Positions 16,431 through 19,054 of a stretch of DNA of 19,054 nucleotides are shown piece after piece. The stretch covers positions 1 through 19,054 of the forward strand of contig JBGAOA010000077.1 in NCBI GenBank assembly GCA_044222065.1. The letters run 5' to 3'. Under the pieces are notes generated by a model that worked only from the letters and a program-made list of their open reading frames with translations, made no database searches and was not told the origin of the DNA. The DNA is from Candidatus Eiseniibacteriota bacterium (GTDB lineage Bacteria > Eisenbacteria > RBG-16-71-46). The position numbers and the translations under genes were made by a program. Position 1 is the stretch's first letter. Every line of letters begins with the position of its first letter.

Positions 16431-17781
16431 GGGCCTTCTGGGCATCAGCCTCGCGGTCGTCGCGCTCGCGGCGATCTGCGGTGCTTCGCCGGTGGCCGCT
16501 CAGTCGTCCACCATGTCTTCGGTCGGACTCGTCCGGACGGGTTCGGGCACGTTCAGCCTCGACGTCGAAGGCGCCGAGGTCCGCTCGGTGATCCGGGCGA
16601 TCGCGGAGTTCAGTGGTCGCAACATCGTCGTCGGCAAGGACGTCAAGGGCACCGTGAAGGTGTCGCTGCACAACGTCGGCTGGGAAGAAGCGCTCCGCAG
16701 CGTGCTGCGCTCGCAGGGCCTCGACTACACGGACGACAACGGCATTCTGCGCGTCGACGACGCCTCGAAGCTCGCGCAGGAACTCGTCGAGCGCGAGTCG
16801 GCCAAGGCGCGCGCGGCGGAGCTCGTGCAGCTCGAGACCCGCATCGTGAAGCTGAACTACGCGAACGCGGGCGAACTCGCGACGGCGCTGAACTCGTCGC
16901 TGACGAAGCGCGGCTCGATCCAGGTCGAGCGCCGCACGAACTCGCTGATCGTGAGCGACCTCGAGGGCAACGTGGACCGCGTCGAGAAGATGGCGCTCAC
17001 GCTCGACTCGACGACGCCGCAGATCGAGATCACGGCGAAGCTCGTGGACGTGGACGCGGAAGCGCTGCACGGCCTCGGCATCGAGTGGAACGTCGGGCCG
17101 AAGACCGGCACGACGGGTGAGGGCGAGTTCTTCGAGAACACCGGCCCGATCCCCGCCGACTTCATGCACCCGAACAACGACAACCAGAACGCGCTCGGCG
17201 CCGAGCACAACACCGGCATCGCCGACCCGGCCACGCGGATCACCTACGGCATCTCGAAGAGCTGGGGCTTCGTCGAAGCCCAGCTGCAGATGCTCGAGCA
17301 GAATCGCAAGGCGAACATCATCTCGAACCCGCGCATCACGACGGTGGACAATCGCGAAGCGAAGATCCTCGTCGGCCAGAAGATTCCGCTCATCGTGCAG
17401 GACATCGCGGGCAACCCGGTGTCGCAGCTGCAGACGATCGGTATCCAGCTGCGCGTGACGCCGCATCTCACGTCGGACAAGCGGATCATCATGGATCTGC
17501 ACCCCGAGGTGAGCGATCTGTCGGCGCAGAGCACCGTGCAGGGCGGCGTCATCATCAACACGAGCGAGGCCGACACGCGCGTGATGGTGGACGACGGCCA
17601 GACCGCGGTGATCGGCGGCCTCATCCGCACGAACGAGTCGGTCGTGCGCAAGGGCATCCCGATGCTCATGGACATCCCGATCGTCGGACGACTGTTCAGC
17701 TCGGACAGCCGCGTGCACCAGAACCGCGAGCTCATCATCTTCGTGACGCCGCGCCTGGTGGCGAGCCTCGCGGCCAACTGA
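16417..17781 (+). CDS. pilQ: Type IV pilus secretin PilQ (compact, ~454 aa)
   Basis: Signal peptide, N0 (SLDVEGAEVRSVIRAIAEFSGRNIV, LHNVGWEEAL), one N-domain (LNYANA, RTNSLIV), secretin domain (PQIEITAKLV, SNPRITTVDNREAKI, DGQTAVIGGL, IPIVGRLF, ELIIFVTPR). Confidence 0.94.
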   Translation: MVSVKGLLGISLAVVALAAICGASPVAAQSSTMSSVGLVRTGSGTFSLDVEGAEVRSVIRAIAEFSGRNIVVGKDVKGTVKVSLHNVGWEEALRSVLRSQGLDYTDDNGILRVDDASKLAQELVERESAKARAAELVQLETRIVKLNYANAGELATALNSSLTKRGSIQVERRTNSLIVSDLEGNVDRVEKMALTLDSTTPQIEITAKLVDVDAEALHGLGIEWNVGPKTGTTGEGEFFENTGPIPADFMHPNNDNQNALGAEHNTGIADPATRITYGISKSWGFVEAQLQMLEQNRKANIISNPRITTVDNREAKILVGQKIPLIVQDIAGNPVSQLQTIGIQLRVTPHLTSDKRIIMDLHPEVSDLSAQSTVQGGVIINTSEADTRVMVDDGQTAVIGGLIRTNESVVRKGIPMLMDIPIVGRLFSSDSRVHQNRELIIFVTPRLVASLAAN

Positions 17782-17807
17782 CCCATCCCCGATCCCTACC
17801 GCAAACC

Positions 17808-17844
17808 GAGGCCGCCGGCTCACGCCGGCGGCCTTCGTGTCGTT
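17808..17844 (+). terminator. Probable terminator hairpin after pilQ
   Basis: GAGGCCGCCGGC-TCAC-GCCGGCGGCCTT stem; weak, interrupted U tail. Confidence 0.6.
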
Positions 17845-17877
17845 GAGGGACGCCGCGTCCGCTGCTAGGGTGCGCGC

Positions 17878-18408
17878 GTGACGAACTGGAAGAAACGACC
17901 GGTCGCGCTCGTGGGCCTCATGGGCGCGGGGAAGAGCGCCGTCGCCCGCCTGCTCGGCGAGCGGCACGGCCTGATCGCCGCCGACCTCGACGCGCAGATC
18001 GAGGCCGAGGCCGGCTGCTCGATCGCCGAGCTGTTCGAGCGCGAGGGCGAGCCGGCGTTCCGGGCGCGCGAGGCGGCGCTGCTGCGGCGCGCGCTCGAGG
18101 CGCACGCCGACGTGCTCGCGTGCGGCGGCGGTGTCGTGCTCGATCCGCGCAGCCGCGCCCTGCTCGCCGAACGCTGCCACGTCGTGTGGCTCGAGGTCTC
18201 GCCGTCGGTCGCGGCGCGACGGATCGGCGACGACGCGCGTTCGCGTCCGCTGCTCGCGAGCGGCCACGTCGAGGGGCGGCTCGAGGCGCTGCTCGTCGAA
18301 CGTTCGCGCCTGTACGCGGGGGCGGCCCAGCGCCGCGTCCCCACCGACGGGCTGTCGGTCGAAGCCGTGGCGGACGCGGTCGAAGCGGCGCTCGCGGGGC
18401 TCGATTGA
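17878..18408 (+). CDS. aroK: Shikimate kinase (176 aa)
   Basis: LVGLMGAGKS Walker A, DLD..IE, IAELFEREGEPAFR..E, CGGGVV, RPLL, R..LY; pilQ-aroK adjacency is a known synteny. Confidence 0.94.
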   Translation: MTNWKKRPVALVGLMGAGKSAVARLLGERHGLIAADLDAQIEAEAGCSIAELFEREGEPAFRAREAALLRRALEAHADVLACGGGVVLDPRSRALLAERCHVVWLEVSPSVAARRIGDDARSRPLLASGHVEGRLEALLVERSRLYAGAAQRRVPTDGLSVEAVADAVEAALAGLD

Positions 18409-19054
18409 CGCGAAGCGCGCCGCGGCGGGCGGGCGCACCCGCACACGCGCGCGCTCCGCGGCAGGCCGGACGCGCCGACCGCGACCTCGACGCTATCGCC
18501 GTCCTCGGCCCACGCGAGCACGAGCAGGGAGTCGCGCACGGGAGCCTCGCGCCACGCCGAAGCCGGCGGCGTCCACAGCGCGCCGAACACCCGCAGCGCG
18601 AGCGGTCCCGGCGAAGGCAGCGCGAGCGAGTCCGCGCGCGCATCGAGCGCGAAGCCCACGCGGCGCGACGGCACCCACGCGATCACCGAGTCGCCGCGCG
18701 CGCCGAGATCGAAGGCGGTCCCGAACAGCGACTCGACGCGCAGGCGTGCCGCGTCGGGCCCCGCGAGCGCGAGCCAGCCGCGCACGGCGGGCGTGCCCGC
18801 GAGGCGCGGGCCGGCGAACCACGCGCGCACCTCGGCCTCGAGCGCGCGGGCCGCGGTGCGTCGCGCGTCCTCCGCGCGCACGTAGCGCGCCGCGAGCGAC
18901 TGCGGTTCGAGGCGCGGCGGCGCGGCCGGGCGCGGAGCGCAGGCGCCGAGCGCGAGCGCGAGTGCGAGTGCGCCCGCGCGCCGCGGCGCGCTTCGCGTCA
19001 ATCGAGCCCCGCGAGCGCCGCTTCGACCGCGTCCGCCACGGCTTCGACCGACAG
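18352..19054. repeat. Inverted duplication (fold-back): 18352..18427 is the exact reverse complement of 18979..19054
   Basis: 76-nt perfect inverted match running to the last base of the window. It extends inward to 18450/18956 with 3 mismatches and contains the aroK 3' end plus the start of the next gene. Confidence 0.95.
18451..19001 (-). CDS. 3'-truncated lipoprotein (LolB-like outer-membrane lipoprotein by inference), lying in the inverted copy
   Basis: TTG start overlapping the duplicated aroK stop (TTGA); MTRSAPRRAGALALALALGA|C lipobox; beta-rich body. Beyond about 18450 the frame runs into antisense aroK sequence, so the native C-terminus is missing. Confidence 0.6.

Noticed and set aside
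1164..18444. Many long minus-strand and alternate-frame ORFs (e.g. 1164..3152, 3599..6010, 7608..9038, 16393..18444)
   Set aside because: They are shadow ORFs of high-GC coding sequence: Arg/Ala/Pro-rich or mirror-frame, with no motifs, overlapping well-supported genes.
17865..18450. C-terminal half of the 378-aa minus-strand ORF 17865..19001
   Set aside because: It is antisense aroK sequence read through the fold-back junction, not a genuine protein region.
18352..19054. Inverted repeats as IS/MITE terminal repeats
   Set aside because: The repeat is aroK coding sequence, and no transposase or target-site duplication is visible.

Overview
High-GC bacterial DNA carrying an almost complete, co-oriented (+ strand) type IVa pilus locus. 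Order: 5'-truncated outer-membrane beta-barrel-like gene, comEA, pilB, pilT, pilC, pilS, pilR (sigma54 activator), two tandem type IVa pilin paralogs, an ABC ATPase/permease/TPR-like trio (resembling Myxococcus pilH/pilI and the Geobacter xap genes), pilMNOPQ, aroK. No prepilin peptidase (pilD) is present in the window. The last ~700 bp are a fold-back: the aroK 3' end and the start of the next (lipoprotein) gene recur as an inverted copy at the window end, most likely a chimera or assembly artifact. Main observations: (1) the two pilins are gap-free, equal-length paralogs with patchy DNA identity suggestive of gene conversion, each with its own sigma54 promoter and terminator; (2) an apparent two-sigma control scheme, with sigma54 motifs before both pilins and the ABC module and a matched pair of sigma28-like T(G/C)AAG-N15-TCCGAT motifs before pilB and pilM; (3) a degenerate MshEN c-di-GMP motif in PilB, a PilP with no cysteine and a compact AMIN-less PilQ. 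All calls are from reading the sequence; no searches were run.
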